Shown piece after piece: positions 51,926 to 52,403 of a DNA stretch of 52,403 nt. Where the stretch lies: the IMG/VR virus record IMGVR_UViG_3300032782_000001, positions 1 through 52,403 of that record; one strand, written 5' to 3'. The notes beneath the pieces are model-generated. The model saw nothing but the letters and a program-made list of their open reading frames with translations. It did not search any database and was not told where the DNA came from. How positions within the stretch are numbered: position 1 is the first letter of the stretch; every line of letters starts with the position of its first letter. Origin of the DNA: a virus. The position numbers and the translations under genes were made by a program.

Positions 51926-52134
51926 TGCAATTTGAACGCTTCTGTACTCATTATTCCACTAATGACGCCCGGGCTCCTTGCGGTTCTCTAGCGATTTGGG
52001 CTTATGTGAATATGGATGCACCACACCCTTTACGAACTGTCAGTTTCCGCTGTGGTCTACATCTTGTGGATAATACGTTTTTCAGAAAACTTTCCATGGA
52101 AGAATGGCTGATTTTGGAAGTCCACGAATCCTGA
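51925..52134 (+). CDS. Cys-rich small protein, tail ...EEWLILEVHES (tail family)
   Basis: ORF track; TAATG overlap. Confidence 0.5.
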   Translation: MQFERFCTHYSTNDARAPCGSLAIWAYVNMDAPHPLRTVSFRCGLHLVDNTFFRKLSMEEWLILEVHES

Positions 52135-52400
52135 TGGGCCGATATAACCTTCGCAGCTTTTCTCCGGACGTTCCTGCTTGCTGCGGGGCTCCAGATGACG
52201 ATCCTTGCGGAGAACCATCTTCCGCATTCTTTATTCAAGAAGTTCCTTTAAGGAGTTTTTCTCCTAGGACCACTGCATGGTTCGGTGTATGCGCCGTTTG
52301 TTCATTCAAATGGCGACGCCTGATCGAGAATGAGAAAAAGCTTCGAATTAAAGAAATTTCCTACGAAGAATATATTGTCTACGAGGTCATGGCGTCATGA
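52134..52400 (+). CDS. Cys-rich small protein, tail ...EEYIVYEVMAS (tail family)
   Basis: ORF track 52104 trimmed to Met11 (TGATG overlap); the next gene begins with an ATGA at 52397. Confidence 0.5.
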   Translation: MGRYNLRSFSPDVPACCGAPDDDPCGEPSSAFFIQEVPLRSFSPRTTAWFGVCAVCSFKWRRLIENEKKLRIKEISYEEYIVYEVMAS

Positions 52401-52403
52401 AAT

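Noticed and set aside
5438-52403. GANTC (CcrM-type methylation site) at almost every tagged gene end, and EcoRI site GAATTC in the EEF codons
   Set aside because: Both follow automatically from the codons for E/D-S (GAN-TCN) and E-F (GAA-TTC). Tails using AGC for Ser lack GANTC, so there is no independent evidence for a methylation signal.
5438-52403. Possibility that TGA is a sense codon (ATGA everywhere), meaning alternative genetic code 4 or 25
   Set aside because: ORFs terminate cleanly at TGA with a downstream RBS or start. Tail genes also end with TAA or TAG. There are no in-frame TGA codons inside the conserved domains of the ligase, AAA ATPase or phosphoesterase.

Overview
This 52.4-kb window looks like the non-structural (early/accessory) region of a large dsDNA phage or phage-like mobile element in a moderately high-GC host. 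It has about 125 tightly packed, mostly small ORFs, many joined by ATGA/GTGA stop-start overlaps. Genes at 1-21.6 kb run leftward (minus strand) and genes at 21.7-52.4 kb run rightward. Two short minus-strand insertions sit in the right block (36.6-40.7 kb and 49.9-50.4 kb). The two blocks meet at an AT-rich divergence region (21.4-23.1 kb).

Recognisable products:
- calcineurin-like metallophosphoesterase (9288-9950)
- MoxR/AAA_5-type ATPase (25892-27001)
- DGQHR-motif ParB/Srx-fold protein (27466-28428)
- ParB-like N-domain protein with HTH (28436-29365)
- VWA protein with an HExxH module, DUF2201-like (29900-31387)
- stand-alone BRCT protein (33018-33374)
- ATP-dependent DNA ligase with an N-terminal SWIM-type zinc finger (45017-46285)
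- one tRNA-like gene with anticodon UAA (about 11591-11667, minus strand)

I did not recognise any capsid, portal, terminase, integrase or transposase genes, and there is no CRISPR array.

The most unusual signals:
1. About half of all predicted proteins, of unrelated size and sequence, end in the same C-terminal peptide: hydrophobic-x-[EQ]-V-[MH]-[ED]-[SA]-stop. Typical tails are ...EEFLVxEVMES and ...VHES.
2. A roughly 45-bp upstream cassette recurs at least 35 times at operon heads: GNAA[AG]TTCG, about 14 nt, CGTCGTAT[TC]CG, about 6 nt, GGAGGTGA, about 4 nt, ATG. Several copies are palindromic so that the Shine-Dalgarno sequence would be base-paired. Some copies lie in-frame inside coding sequence.
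3. Several families of perfect inverted repeats are present, including a nested 38-bp inverted repeat inside a coding sequence and a recurring TGGCAGGGG..CCCCTGCCA hairpin.

Many ORF-track entries have artefactual N-terminal extensions that read through the upstream cassette. I trimmed these to the ATG/GTG after the ribosome-binding site. Long R-rich ORFs antisense to real genes were discarded. Coordinates I derived by hand, rather than by residue-counting against the ORF track, may be off by 1-2 nt.
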